A stretch of DNA of 64,000 nucleotides from Escherichia coli (GTDB lineage Bacteria > Pseudomonadota > Gammaproteobacteria > Enterobacterales > Enterobacteriaceae): the NCBI RefSeq assembly GCF_044324785.1, contig NZ_CP172127.1; one strand, written 5' to 3'. The position numbers and the translations under genes are program-made. Shown here one piece after another: positions 12,394-22,501 of the stretch; positions within the stretch are counted from its first letter, which is position 1; each line of letters opens with the position of its first letter. The notes under the pieces are model-generated. The model was not told where the DNA came from, did not search any database, and saw only the letters and a list, made by a program, of their open reading frames with translations.

Positions 12394-13605
12394 ATGAATA
12401 CCATTTTTTCCGCTCGTATCATGAAGCGCCTGGCGCTCACCACGGCTCTTTGCACAGCCTTTATCTCTGCTGCACATGCCGATGACCTGAATATCAAAAC
12501 TATGATCCCGGGTGTACCGCAGATCGATGCGGAGTCCTACATCCTGATTGACTATAACTCCGGCAAAGTGCTCGCCGAACAGAACGCAGATGTCCGCCGC
12601 GATCCTGCCAGCCTGACCAAAATGATGACCAGTTACGTTATCGGCCAGGCAATGAAAGCCGGTAAATTTAAAGAAACTGATTTAGTCACCATCGGCAACG
12701 ACGCATGGGCCACCGGTAATCCGGTATTTAAAGGTTCTTCGCTGATGTTCCTCAAACCGGGCATGCAGGTTCCGGTTTCTCAGCTGATCCGCGGTATTAA
12801 CCTGCAATCGGGTAACGATGCTTGCGTCGCCATGGCCGATTTTGCCGCTGGTAGCCAGGACGCTTTTGTTGGCTTGATGAACAGCTACGTTAACGCCCTG
12901 GGCCTGAAAAATACCCACTTCCAGACGGTACATGGTCTGGATGCTGATGGTCAGTACAGCTCCGCGCGAGATATGGCGCTGATCGGCCAGGCGTTGATCC
13001 GTGACGTACCGAATGAATACTCGATCTATAAAGAAAAAGAATTTACGTTTAACGGTATTCGCCAGCTGAACCGTAACGGTCTGTTATGGGATAACAGCCT
13101 GAATGTCGACGGCATCAAAACCGGACACACTGACAAAGCAGGTTACAACCTTGTTGCTTCTGCGACTGAAGGCCAGATGCGCTTGATCTCTGCGGTGATG
13201 GGCGGACGTACTTTTAAAGGCCGTGAAGCCGAAAGTAAAAAACTGCTGACCTGGGGCTTCCGTTTCTTCGAAACCGTTAACCCACTGAAAGTAGGTAAAG
13301 AGTTCGCCTCTGAACCGGTTTGGTTTGGTGATTCTGATCGCGCTTCGTTAGGTGTTGATAAAGACGTGTATCTGACCATTCCGCGTGGCCGCATGAAAGA
13401 TCTGAAAGCCAGCTATGTGCTGAACAGCAGTGAATTGCATGCGCCGCTGCAAAAGAATCAGGTCGTCGGTACTATCAACTTCCAGCTTGATGGCAAAACG
13501 ATCGAACAACGCCCGCTGGTTGTGCTGCAAGAAATCCCGGAAGGCAACTTCTTCGGCAAAATCATTGATTACATTAAATTAATGTTCCATCACTGGTTTG
13601 GTTAA
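12394..13605 (+). CDS. dacA: D-alanyl-D-alanine carboxypeptidase PBP5
   Basis: 403 aa; signal peptide; SLTK, SGN and KTGHT active-site motifs. Confidence 0.95.
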
Positions 13606-13654
13606 AAATCGAACACTTGAAAGTGTAATTTCCGTCCCCATATACTAAGCATCA

Positions 13655-13695
13655 GTAAAAAACTCCCGCCTTCTGGCGGGAGTTGCTATTTAATT
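13655..13695 (+). terminator. Intrinsic terminator downstream of dacA
   Basis: GC stem ACTCCCGCC/GGCGGGAGT with a 5-nt loop, then a T-rich tail. Confidence 0.6.
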
Positions 13696-13714
13696 ACGTT
13701 ACGCCGGAGCTGAC

Positions 13715-13978
13715 ATGAAAACCAAACTTAACGAACTGCTTGAATTCCCTACTCCTTTTACTTACAAAGTTATGGGGCAGGCGTTACCTGAGCTGGTTGA
13801 TCAGGTGGTTGAAGTGGTACAGCGCCATGCGCCAGGTGACTACACCCCAACGGTAAAACCAAGCAGCAAAGGCAACTACCACTCGGTATCTATCACTATC
13901 AACGCCACTCATATCGAGCAGGTTGAAACACTGTATGAAGAACTGGGTAAAATCGATATTGTCCGCATGGTTCTGTAA
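13715..13978 (+). CDS. ybeD: UPF0250/DUF493 protein YbeD
   Basis: 87 aa; conserved position between dacA and lipB. Confidence 0.9.
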
Positions 13979-14080
13979 CTCGCTTCTCCGTTACCCGGCT
14001 CCTGGTCGGGTAACTCCCCTCTCCTCGCTGTGATATACTTTTCCCCCCCACTTTTACTCATTCTCCACGGAGATGCCGTT

Positions 14081-14722
14081 TTGTATCAGGATAAAATTCT
14101 TGTCCGCCAGCTCGGTCTTCAGCCTTACGAGCCAATTTCCCAGGCTATGCATGAATTCACCGATACCCGCGATGATAGTACCCTTGATGAAATCTGGCTG
14201 GTCGAGCACTATCCGGTATTCACCCAAGGGCAGGCAGGAAAAGCGGAGCACATTTTAATGCCGGGTGATATTCCGGTGATTCAGAGCGATCGCGGTGGGC
14301 AGGTGACTTATCACGGGCCGGGGCAACAGGTGATGTATGTGTTGCTTAACCTGAAACGCCGTAAACTCGGTGTGCGTGAACTGGTGACCTTGCTTGAGCA
14401 AACAGTGGTGAATACCCTGGCTGAACTGGGTATAGAAGCGCATCCTCGGGCTGACGCGCCTGGTGTCTATGTCGGGGAAAAGAAAATTTGCTCACTGGGT
14501 TTACGTATTCGACGCGGTTGTTCATTCCACGGTCTGGCATTAAACGTCAATATGGATCTTTCACCATTTTTACGTATTAATCCTTGTGGGTATGCCGGAA
14601 TGGAAATGGCTAAAATATCACAATGGAAACCCGAAGCGACGACTAATAATATTGCACCACGTTTACTGGAAAATATTTTAGCGCTACTAAACAATCCTGA
14701 CTTCGAATATATTACCGCTTAA
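14081..14722 (+). CDS. lipB: Octanoyltransferase LipB
   Basis: ORF track 14030..14722 trimmed to the in-frame TTG giving [10 protein letters not shown] and 213 aa; start assignment is from memory of the E. coli protein. Confidence 0.88.
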
Positions 14723-14981
14723 TTCCATACATCAATGGCCCAATTTACACTGGGTCATTACTCATAATACCTGCTAATGCTTTACATCTCCTTCGCGTTT
14801 GTATATTTTCTTTATCACTTGCAGAAATGCGATGCTACGCCTTGCTCCGTAACTCACCCCATTGATTAACTTATTGAAATAGTTGATTATGGTGAGCAAA
14901 AGCGTTCCGTTCCAATTAGACATAAGATTATTGTAATTTTTTTAAATATTATTTTTCCATGAATAAAATTGGAGTAAGTGC

Positions 14982-15935
14982 GTGGATAGTAATAATCAAA
15001 TTGAAACCTGTTTAAGCAGAAAGTCGTCAGAAGGTAAACCACAAATATTTACAACCTTACGAAATATTGATCTTAACCTTCTGACTATTTTTGAAGCTGT
15101 ATATGTACATAAAGGGATCGTTAATGCAGCGAAAGTGCTTAATCTGACACCCTCGGCAATCAGTCAGTCTATTCAGAAACTGCGCGTTATATTCCCTGAC
15201 CCATTGTTTATTCGCAAAGGCCAGGGTGTCACTCCTACCGCATTTGCGATGCATCTACATGAGTATATCAGTCAGGGCCTTGAGTCCATTCTTGGCGCGC
15301 TGGATATCGAAGGAAGCTATGATAAGCAACGAACGATAACTATTGCGACCACCCCCTCGGTCGGAGCCCTGGTCCTTCCTGTCATCTATCGGGCGATTAA
15401 AACTCACTATCCGCAGCTTTTACTGCGCAATCCGCCCATCAGCGACGCGGAAAACCAACTCAGTCAGTTTCAAACCGATCTCATCATCGATAACATGTTT
15501 TGCACCAATCGTACGGTGCAACATCATGTTCTGTTCACCGACAATATGGTGTTAATTTGCCGTGAGGGAAATCCACTACTCTCTTTAGAAGATGACAGGG
15601 AGACTATCGACAACGCTGCGCATATACTCCTGTTACCGGAAGGGCAAAATTTCAGCGGTCTGCGGCAGAGAGTTCAAGAGATGTTTCCGGACCGGCAAAT
15701 CAGTTTCACCAGCTACAACATTTTGACAATCGCTGCACTGGTTGCCAACAGTGACATGTTAGCGATTATTCCCAGCCGTTTTTATAACCTGTTTAGCCGT
15801 TGTTGGCCGCTAGAAAAACTGCCTTTTCCGTCCTTAAATGAGGAGCAAATAGATTTCTCTATCCACTACAACAAATTCAGCCTGCGTGATCCCATCCTGC
15901 ACGGGGTAATAGATGTTATCCGTAATGCATTTTGA
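14982..15935 (+). CDS. ybeF: LysR-family transcriptional regulator
   Basis: 317 aa; N-terminal HTH and LysR substrate-binding fold; GTG start with GGAG upstream. Confidence 0.88.
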   Translation: MDSNNQIETCLSRKSSEGKPQIFTTLRNIDLNLLTIFEAVYVHKGIVNAAKVLNLTPSAISQSIQKLRVIFPDPLFIRKGQGVTPTAFAMHLHEYISQGLESILGALDIEGSYDKQRTITIATTPSVGALVLPVIYRAIKTHYPQLLLRNPPISDAENQLSQFQTDLIIDNMFCTNRTVQHHVLFTDNMVLICREGNPLLSLEDDRETIDNAAHILLLPEGQNFSGLRQRVQEMFPDRQISFTSYNILTIAALVANSDMLAIIPSRFYNLFSRCWPLEKLPFPSLNEEQIDFSIHYNKFSLRDPILHGVIDVIRNAF

Positions 15936-16143
15936 AAAAGTATTGTTACAGCCAGATCACAGCGAAGAGCGAAAAAATGGCACAATCCAACAACAATTTT
16001 ACATTTTCGCGACCGCTTTGGCTGCTTTCAGGTCCGTTTCAATGATATACTGCCAGTCGTTAATTCAAAAATAGTTGATAATTACAACAATCTATTGAAT
16101 TGAAACGCTTTCCTTCGTAATTCGCAACTGGAACACGCACGCT

Positions 16144-17109
16144 ATGAGTAAACCCATTGTGATGGAACGCGGTGTTAAATACCGCGATGCCGATAAGATG
16201 GCCCTTATCCCGGTTAAAAACGTGGCAACAGAGCGCGAAGCCCTGCTGCGCAAGCCGGAATGGATGAAAATCAAGCTTCCAGCGGACTCTACACGTATCC
16301 AGGGCATCAAAGCCGCAATGCGCAAAAATGGCCTGCATTCTGTCTGCGAGGAAGCCTCCTGCCCTAACCTGGCGGAATGCTTCAACCACGGCACAGCAAC
16401 GTTTATGATCCTCGGCGCTATTTGTACCCGCCGTTGTCCGTTCTGTGACGTTGCCCACGGTCGCCCGGTAGCTCCGGATGCCAATGAACCAGTGAAACTG
16501 GCGCAGACCATTGCCGATATGGCGTTGCGTTATGTGGTTATCACCTCCGTTGACCGTGATGACCTGCGCGATGGCGGTGCCCAGCACTTTGCGGATTGCA
16601 TTACTGCCATTCGGGAAAAAAGCCCGCAAATCAAAATTGAAACTCTGGTGCCGGATTTCCGCGGTCGTATGGATCGTGCTCTGGATATTCTGACCGCCAC
16701 ACCACCAGATGTGTTCAACCATAACCTGGAAAACGTACCGCGTATTTACCGTCAGGTACGGCCTGGTGCAGATTACAACTGGTCGCTGAAGCTGCTGGAA
16801 CGCTTTAAAGAAGCGCATCCGGAAATCCCGACCAAGTCTGGTCTGATGGTGGGTCTGGGTGAAACCAATGAAGAAATTATTGAGGTAATGCGCGACCTGC
16901 GCCGTCATGGTGTGACGATGCTAACGCTGGGGCAATATTTGCAGCCAAGCCGCCATCACCTGCCGGTTCAACGTTACGTTAGCCCGGATGAGTTCGACGA
17001 AATGAAAGCCGAAGCGCTGGCGATGGGCTTTACCCATGCTGCATGCGGTCCGTTTGTCCGCTCGTCTTACCACGCCGATTTGCAGGCGAAAGGGATGGAA
17101 GTTAAGTAA
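16144..17109 (+). CDS. lipA: Lipoyl synthase (radical SAM)
   Basis: 321 aa; radical-SAM cluster motif CTRRCPFC plus N-terminal auxiliary-cluster Cys motif. Confidence 0.96.
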
Positions 17110-17147
17110 TCCTGTAATAATTACTTACATCTGTCTGATAAAAAACC

Positions 17148-17180
17148 CGCTTTTTGAAGCGGGTTTTTTGTATCGAACAA
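17148..17180. terminator. Bidirectional intrinsic terminator between convergent lipA and tatE
   Basis: AAAAAACCCGC-TTTTTGAA-GCGGGTTTTTT: hairpin flanked by an A-run and a T-run. Confidence 0.8.
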
Positions 17181-17209
17181 GATATTGAGGGAGCGTCCTG
17201 CTCGCCACG

Positions 17210-17413
17210 TCACTCTTTATGAGAGAGCTTTTCAGCCTGAAGATCAACGTCTGCGCCTTTTTTCGCCGCAGCATCGTCATCATTCATCGCCTTCTTGAAC
17301 CCTTTAATGGCCGCTCCAAGGTCTCCGCCCAGCGTACGTAACTTCTTAGTCCCAAACAGCAGAACGACCAGCGCCGCAACTACCAGCAGTTTGGTAATAC
17401 TAATCTCACCCAT
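17210..17413 (-). CDS. tatE: Twin-arginine translocase subunit TatE
   Basis: 67 aa; TatA/E-type N-terminal TM helix and amphipathic helix. Confidence 0.93.
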   Translation of the reverse strand: MGEISITKLLVVAALVVLLFGTKKLRTLGGDLGAAIKGFKKAMNDDDAAAKKGADVDLQAEKLSHKE

Positions 17414-17541
17414 AGATACCTTCTTGACATATAACCGGCAACAGAACGCGCCTTAAAAACCAGAGAATATTAACGGTCATTCGACGCGCGCACACAATAG
17501 CAATCTGTAACAAGGTGAATCAAGCGCCGAGTAAAAAAACA

Positions 17542-18336
17542 TCATAATAATTGCGGCGGCGCAAAGCGACGGTTGTTTAAGACGGGCAGTTGCGCGCGCA
17601 CCTGACGCACACGTTCAGGCGTCACTTCCGCCATAATGAGTGCAGGCATTTCTGACGCTGCCGCAATGGTGACGCCAAAGGGATCTATAATTCGGCTTTG
17701 CCCGATATTTTTGTTCCCGCACTCCCCCGCCGCCACCATATAACAGGTGGTATCCAGCGCACGAGCGGCAAGCAACGTTGACCAGTGATGCTCTTTGAGC
17801 GGCCCACGAACCCAGGCGGCAGGAAGTACCAGGATTTCAGCTCCCTGTAATGCCTGTGCCAGCGCCAGCTCTGGAAAGCGTAAGTCATAACAGGTCATCA
17901 GACCGACCTTCATCCCTTCCACCTCCAGTAACGGAGCTATTTCATTACCAGCATCAACATGGCGTGATTCCTGAATGGCAAATGCATCATAGAGATGCAG
18001 TTTGGCATAACGGGCGACGATGTTTCCTGCCTGTAGCGCCACCAGCATATTCCATGCGCGCCCCGGCGTTGAAGGAACATGAATCGTCAGAATTGTCGTC
18101 ATCATGTTACGTTTACTTTCTCGCCGTAAACGTCCGAGGAATTCGCCTTCCAGCAGCTGTGCTGATTTAACCGATAGATCTGCATCATGATCATCACGCG
18201 CCAACAATGCTTCCGGCAGGACAAACAGCGAAACGTCGTTTTCCGCCGCCTGCGCCATCAACGAGGCACAAATCTCAGCGTTCTTTTCCCACACAGATGT
18301 AACAGCAAACTGTCCTGCGGCAACCAGCATTGCCAC
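17542..18336 (-). CDS. ybeM: C-N hydrolase (nitrilase superfamily) YbeM, intact
   Basis: 264 aa uninterrupted ORF; start may be the second Met. Confidence 0.85.
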   Translation of the reverse strand: MAMLVAAGQFAVTSVWEKNAEICASLMAQAAENDVSLFVLPEALLARDDHDADLSVKSAQLLEGEFLGRLRRESKRNMMTTILTIHVPSTPGRAWNMLVALQAGNIVARYAKLHLYDAFAIQESRHVDAGNEIAPLLEVEGMKVGLMTCYDLRFPELALAQALQGAEILVLPAAWVRGPLKEHHWSTLLAARALDTTCYMVAAGECGNKNIGQSRIIDPFGVTIAAASEMPALIMAEVTPERVRQVRAQLPVLNNRRFAPPQLL

Positions 18337-18425
18337 CTCCTCCTGTCAGAGTCGTAAAATTCGCCAACGGCGATTATTCGGCGTTACACTTATCACTCAT
18401 ACAAATCAAATAGCAGGATTTTGCA

Positions 18426-18809
18426 GTGTTACAACTTCTTTTAGCAGTTTTTATTGGCGGTGGTACGGGAAGCGTGGCGAGATGGCTGTTAAGTATGCGA
18501 TTTAACCCGCTGCATCAAGCGATTCCGCTGGGGACGCTGGCTGCAAACCTGATTGGGGCATTCATCATAGGAATGGGATTCGCCTGGTTTAGCAGGATGA
18601 CGAACATTGATCCAGTGTGGAAAGTATTAATCACCACCGGATTTTGTGGCGGTCTAACAACCTTCTCAACATTTTCGGCAGAAGTGGTGTTTTTGTTACA
18701 AGAGGGCCGCTTTGGCTGGGCGTTACTGAACGTTTTCGTCAACCTTTTGGGGTCTTTTGCCATGACCGCACTGGCTTTCTGGCTGTTTTCCGCCTCAACC
18801 GCACACTAA
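18426..18809 (+). CDS. crcB: Fluoride ion channel CrcB/FluC
   Basis: 127 aa, four TM helices; GTG start. Confidence 0.92.
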
Positions 18810-18813
18810 AGAC

Positions 18814-18845
18814 CAAAAAAACCCGCTGATTAAGCGGGTTTTGAA
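18814..18845. terminator. Bidirectional intrinsic terminator between crcB and cspE
   Basis: AAAAAAACCCGC-TGATTAA-GCGGGTTTTG. Confidence 0.75.
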
Positions 18846-18861
18846 TTCTTGCTGACGTATC

Positions 18862-19071
18862 TTACAGAGCGATTACGTTTGCAGCAGAAGGGCCTTTGGC
18901 ACCGTTAGTGATTTCGAACTCTACGCGCTGACCTTCAGCAAGAGTTTTAAAACCATTAGTCTGGATTGCAGAGAAGTGTACGAACACGTCTTTGCTGCCG
19001 TCTTCCGGAGTAATGAAACCGAATCCTTTGGACTCATTAAACCACTTAACGTTACCTTTAATCTTAGACAT
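18862..19071 (-). CDS. cspE: Cold-shock-domain protein CspE
   Basis: ORF track 18862..19155 trimmed to [12 protein letters not shown] (69 aa); RNP1 motif KGFGFI. Confidence 0.95.
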
Positions 19072-19245
19072 CAAAATTACCTTTACATGAAAAATAGACA
19101 CAAATGCTGTGTCGGTTACCAGTACACCAATTGTGGTACGCTTTGTCCAGTGCAACTTTACTAAAAAGTGATAAAAGTCGCGTTATTTTTGATGTTACTT
19201 ATTTTAGTTATTGATTTTAAAGAAGTTACTAAAACTTCATTTGTC

Positions 19246-19806
19246 TCAAAACTGAAAGCGCATCCAGGCAAAGTACACATTGCCATTGTTGTAGGTACCC
19301 GGAATGTAGGTCATCTGAAAAGTCACTGGACCATAACCCACAGAGGCCAATGGCAGTAGAACCGGGAGAGGGATGTAATTCCAGTTATCGCGTGCCGTTA
19401 CGCCAGCGGTGAATCCCAGACCTAAATGAAAATTTTCATCCGCCAGCGGTCGCCAGGTACTTTCCCATCCGTATCCGGCAATCGGTTCCCATTTGTTCCA
19501 CGAGTCCTTAAATGCCATGGCATACAGGCCATGCCAGTTTCCTTTTTCATCCCAACGCGACAGGCCAAAACCGCCACCCCACGGTCGCTCGTTATAGCGA
19601 TCGGTTTTTTCTTTGTCGTAAGCGAAACGTGCATGCCAGGTGATGGCAGGAATATATAAATCATAATGTTCAGGCTGTTGCCAGGTTTGTGCAATATTTT
19701 CTCTAAACGTTGTCATCCACTCATCTGCGTTAGCAAAAACTTTACCAACGCTGATTAACTGAATAAAAACAAAGGAAAAGATAGCGACATATTTACTCAC
19801 GTTCAT
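19246..19806 (-). CDS. pagP: Lipid A palmitoyltransferase PagP (outer-membrane beta-barrel)
   Basis: ORF track 194 aa trimmed to MNVSKY (186 aa); signal peptide and aromatic-rich barrel. Confidence 0.93.
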   Translation of the reverse strand: MNVSKYVAIFSFVFIQLISVGKVFANADEWMTTFRENIAQTWQQPEHYDLYIPAITWHARFAYDKEKTDRYNERPWGGGFGLSRWDEKGNWHGLYAMAFKDSWNKWEPIAGYGWESTWRPLADENFHLGLGFTAGVTARDNWNYIPLPVLLPLASVGYGPVTFQMTYIPGTYNNGNVYFAWMRFQF

Positions 19807-20291
19807 TTGTGACCATAAAACATTTATCAAAAATCTACTACCAGCATAGCAAAGCTACAATTAACATAACCTTAATAGCCCCAACATAAAGAATAATCTG
19901 AATAGCTGCTCTATTTATTTCCGCTTGTTTAAGTTAAATATTTCCGCGCATCGATTAAAGATGATGCGTCGTTTTCTGCGATGGGAATAGTCAAAAAAGA
20001 AAAACCAAGTCTTTTTTGATGACAAAATGCAATCAAGGAAAAATTATTTTATTTTTTAACGAGATACAACAATCATCTTAACGAAGTATATAATATATAT
20101 CGTCAACCCATGCTCATGATAGATTATTTTATGAGCACGCAACCGCAGCTAACACCATTGCAATTAACAAATTTGCATCAATCCTCCATCAATTTACACA
20201 CATTATTATGTGATAATTGCCAACCGCTAAATATGCGTTTTGTTATCTATGTATAAAAACAGCAACTTCAATGTCTTAATGGCAGTTTTTC

Positions 20292-20305
20292 TTGATTTTA
20301 ATCAG
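20292..20305. promoter_or_regulatory. Candidate FNR half-site pair (TTGAT-N4-ATCAG) upstream of dcuC
   Basis: Matches TTGAT-N4-ATCAA at 9 of 10 positions, about 90 bp upstream of the dcuC ATG; dcuC is anaerobically induced. Confidence 0.35.
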
Positions 20306-20394
20306 CATTCATCGCCAATTTATTGGGCATATTTTTTCCTTAAGCTTTAGGAATTTTTTATTATTTACTTTGGGGCCTGGAGACAGGAAAAATT

Positions 20395-21780
20395 ATGCTG
20401 ACATTCATTGAACTCCTTATTGGGGTTGTGGTTATTGTGGGTGTAGCTCGCTACATCATTAAAGGGTATTCCGCCACTGGCGTGTTATTTGTCGGTGGCC
20501 TGTTATTGCTGATTATCAGTGCCATTATGGGGCACAAAGTGTTACCGTCCAGCCAGGCTTCAACAGGCTACAGCGCCACGGATATCGTTGAATACGTTAA
20601 AATATTGCTAATGAGCCGCGGCGGCGACCTCGGCATGATGATTATGATGCTGTGTGGCTTTGCCGCTTACATGACCCATATCGGCGCGAATGATATGGTG
20701 GTCAAGCTGGCGTCAAAACCATTGCAGTATATTAACTCCCCTTACCTGCTGATGATTGCCGCCTATTTTGTCGCCTGTCTGATGTCTCTGGCCGTCTCTT
20801 CCGCGACCGGTCTGGGTGTTTTGCTGATGGCAACCCTGTTTCCGGTGATGGTAAACGTTGGTATCAGCCGTGGTGCAGCTGCTGCTATTTGTGCCTCCCC
20901 GGCGGCGATTATTCTCGCACCGACTTCAGGGGATGTGGTGCTGGCGGCGCAGGCTTCCGAAATGTCGCTGATTGACTTCGCCTTCAAAACGACGCTGCCT
21001 ATCTCAATTGCTGCAATTATCGGCATGGCGATCGCCCACTTCTTCTGGCAACGTTATCTGGATAAAAAAGAGCACATCTCTCATGAAATGTTAGATGTCA
21101 GTGAAATCACCACCACTGCTCCTGCGTTTTATGCCATTTTGCCGTTCACGCCGATCATCGGAGTGCTGATTTTTGACGGCAAATGGGGTCCGCAATTACA
21201 CATCATCACTATTCTGGTGATTTGTATGCTGATTGCCTCCATTCTGGAGTTCATCCGCAGCTTTAATACCCAGAAAGTTTTCTCTGGTCTGGAAGTGGCT
21301 TATCGCGGGATGGCAGATGCATTTGCAAACGTGGTGATGCTGCTGGTTGCCGCTGGGGTATTCGCTCAGGGGCTTAGCACCATCGGCTTTATTCAAAGTC
21401 TGATTTCTATCGCTACCTCGTTTGGTTCGGCGAGCATCATCCTGATGCTGGTATTGGTGATCCTGACAATGCTGGCGGCAGTCACGACCGGTTCAGGCAA
21501 TGCGCCGTTTTATGCGTTTGTTGAGATGATCCCGAAACTGGCGCACTCTTCCGGCATTAACCCGGCGTATTTGACTATCCCAATGCTGCAGGCGTCAAAC
21601 CTCGGCCGTACCCTGTCACCCGTTTCTGGCGTAGTCGTTGCGGTTGCCGGGATGGCGAAAATCTCACCATTTGAAGTCGTAAAACGCACCTCGGTGCCGG
21701 TGCTTGTTGGGCTGGTGATTGTTATCGTTGCTACAGAGCTGATGGTGCCAGGAACGGCAGCCGCGGTCACAGGCAAGTAA
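20395..21780 (+). CDS. dcuC: Anaerobic C4-dicarboxylate transporter DcuC
   Basis: 461 aa polytopic membrane protein. Confidence 0.95.
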   Translation: MLTFIELLIGVVVIVGVARYIIKGYSATGVLFVGGLLLLIISAIMGHKVLPSSQASTGYSATDIVEYVKILLMSRGGDLGMMIMMLCGFAAYMTHIGANDMVVKLASKPLQYINSPYLLMIAAYFVACLMSLAVSSATGLGVLLMATLFPVMVNVGISRGAAAAICASPAAIILAPTSGDVVLAAQASEMSLIDFAFKTTLPISIAAIIGMAIAHFFWQRYLDKKEHISHEMLDVSEITTTAPAFYAILPFTPIIGVLIFDGKWGPQLHIITILVICMLIASILEFIRSFNTQKVFSGLEVAYRGMADAFANVVMLLVAAGVFAQGLSTIGFIQSLISIATSFGSASIILMLVLVILTMLAAVTTGSGNAPFYAFVEMIPKLAHSSGINPAYLTIPMLQASNLGRTLSPVSGVVVAVAGMAKISPFEVVKRTSVPVLVGLVIVIVATELMVPGTAAAVTGK

Positions 21781-21785
21781 ATAGT

Positions 21786-21816
21786 CATGCCGGAGGCAAG
21801 TTTCCTCCGGCTTTAT
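21786..21816. terminator. Hairpin terminator between convergent dcuC and dpiA
   Basis: GCCGGAGG-caagttt-CCTCCGGC followed by TTTAT. Confidence 0.7.
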
Positions 21817-21820
21817 CATG

Positions 21821-22501
21821 TCACCCACTGTGGTATATGCGTTGCGGTCTGCCAACTTTGCCGTGAACAATTTCAGCAATAATCAGATGGCGGCTGGCGC
21901 AATATTCAAGATAACGTCTGGCAGTGGTGCGGCTGATAGTCAGTGCCTGCGCCACCGTTTCTGCCGTATGTTGCACACCAGGCTCTTTAAACAGTTTTCG
22001 CACTGCGTTTAGCGTCAAGGGGTCAATGCCGGTCGGCAGTTCGTCTTTGGGTTCACCGCGAGCATAGGCATTAAACATCTCATCAATTTGCTTCTGGCTG
22101 GCGCTATCAATACTTTCCAGCATATGTTTACGCTGGCGGAAGCGGGTTAGCGTTTGCCCCAGCCGTTCATAGGCAATTGGCTTAATGAGATAATCAAATA
22201 CACCACAACGTACGGCTTCAGACACCGTTTCCATATCACTGGCTGCAGTGGTAAACACCACGTCGCCGGGATAATGCGCCTGCACCAGTTCATGCAGTAA
22301 ATTAATCCCTCTACCGTCAGGAAGATAGTTATCAAGCAAGATTAGCCCCGGCTTAAAACGCTCGATCATCATTCGGGCCTGCGCCAGGTTTCCCGCCAGT
22401 AATATCTGACTGAATCCGGGAATGTGACGAATATATTCCGCATGCATCTCTGCCAGCGGCGTTTCGTCCTCAACGATCAATAGGGTTAATGGAGCTGTCA
22501 T
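21821..22501 (-). CDS. dpiA: Two-component response regulator DpiA (CitB)
   Basis: 226 aa; receiver domain with conserved Asp plus C-terminal HTH. Confidence 0.93.
   Translation of the reverse strand: MTAPLTLLIVEDETPLAEMHAEYIRHIPGFSQILLAGNLAQARMMIERFKPGLILLDNYLPDGRGINLLHELVQAHYPGDVVFTTAASDMETVSEAVRCGVFDYLIKPIAYERLGQTLTRFRQRKHMLESIDSASQKQIDEMFNAYARGEPKDELPTGIDPLTLNAVRKLFKEPGVQHTAETVAQALTISRTTARRYLEYCASRHLIIAEIVHGKVGRPQRIYHSG

Noticed and set aside
14889-14936. 15-codon upstream ORF (MVSKSVPFQLDIRLL) ahead of ybeF
   Set aside because: No ribosome-binding site and no distinctive composition; likely chance.
16060-16908. 282-aa ORF on the minus strand
   Set aside because: Antisense to lipA.
18337-18425. 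Possible fluoride riboswitch upstream of crcB
   Set aside because: crcB is often riboswitch-controlled in other bacteria, but I cannot find the conserved core (GGnGAUGG ... pseudoknot) in these 89 nt, and as far as I recall E. coli crcB lacks one; a covariance-model scan (Rfam RF01734) would settle it.
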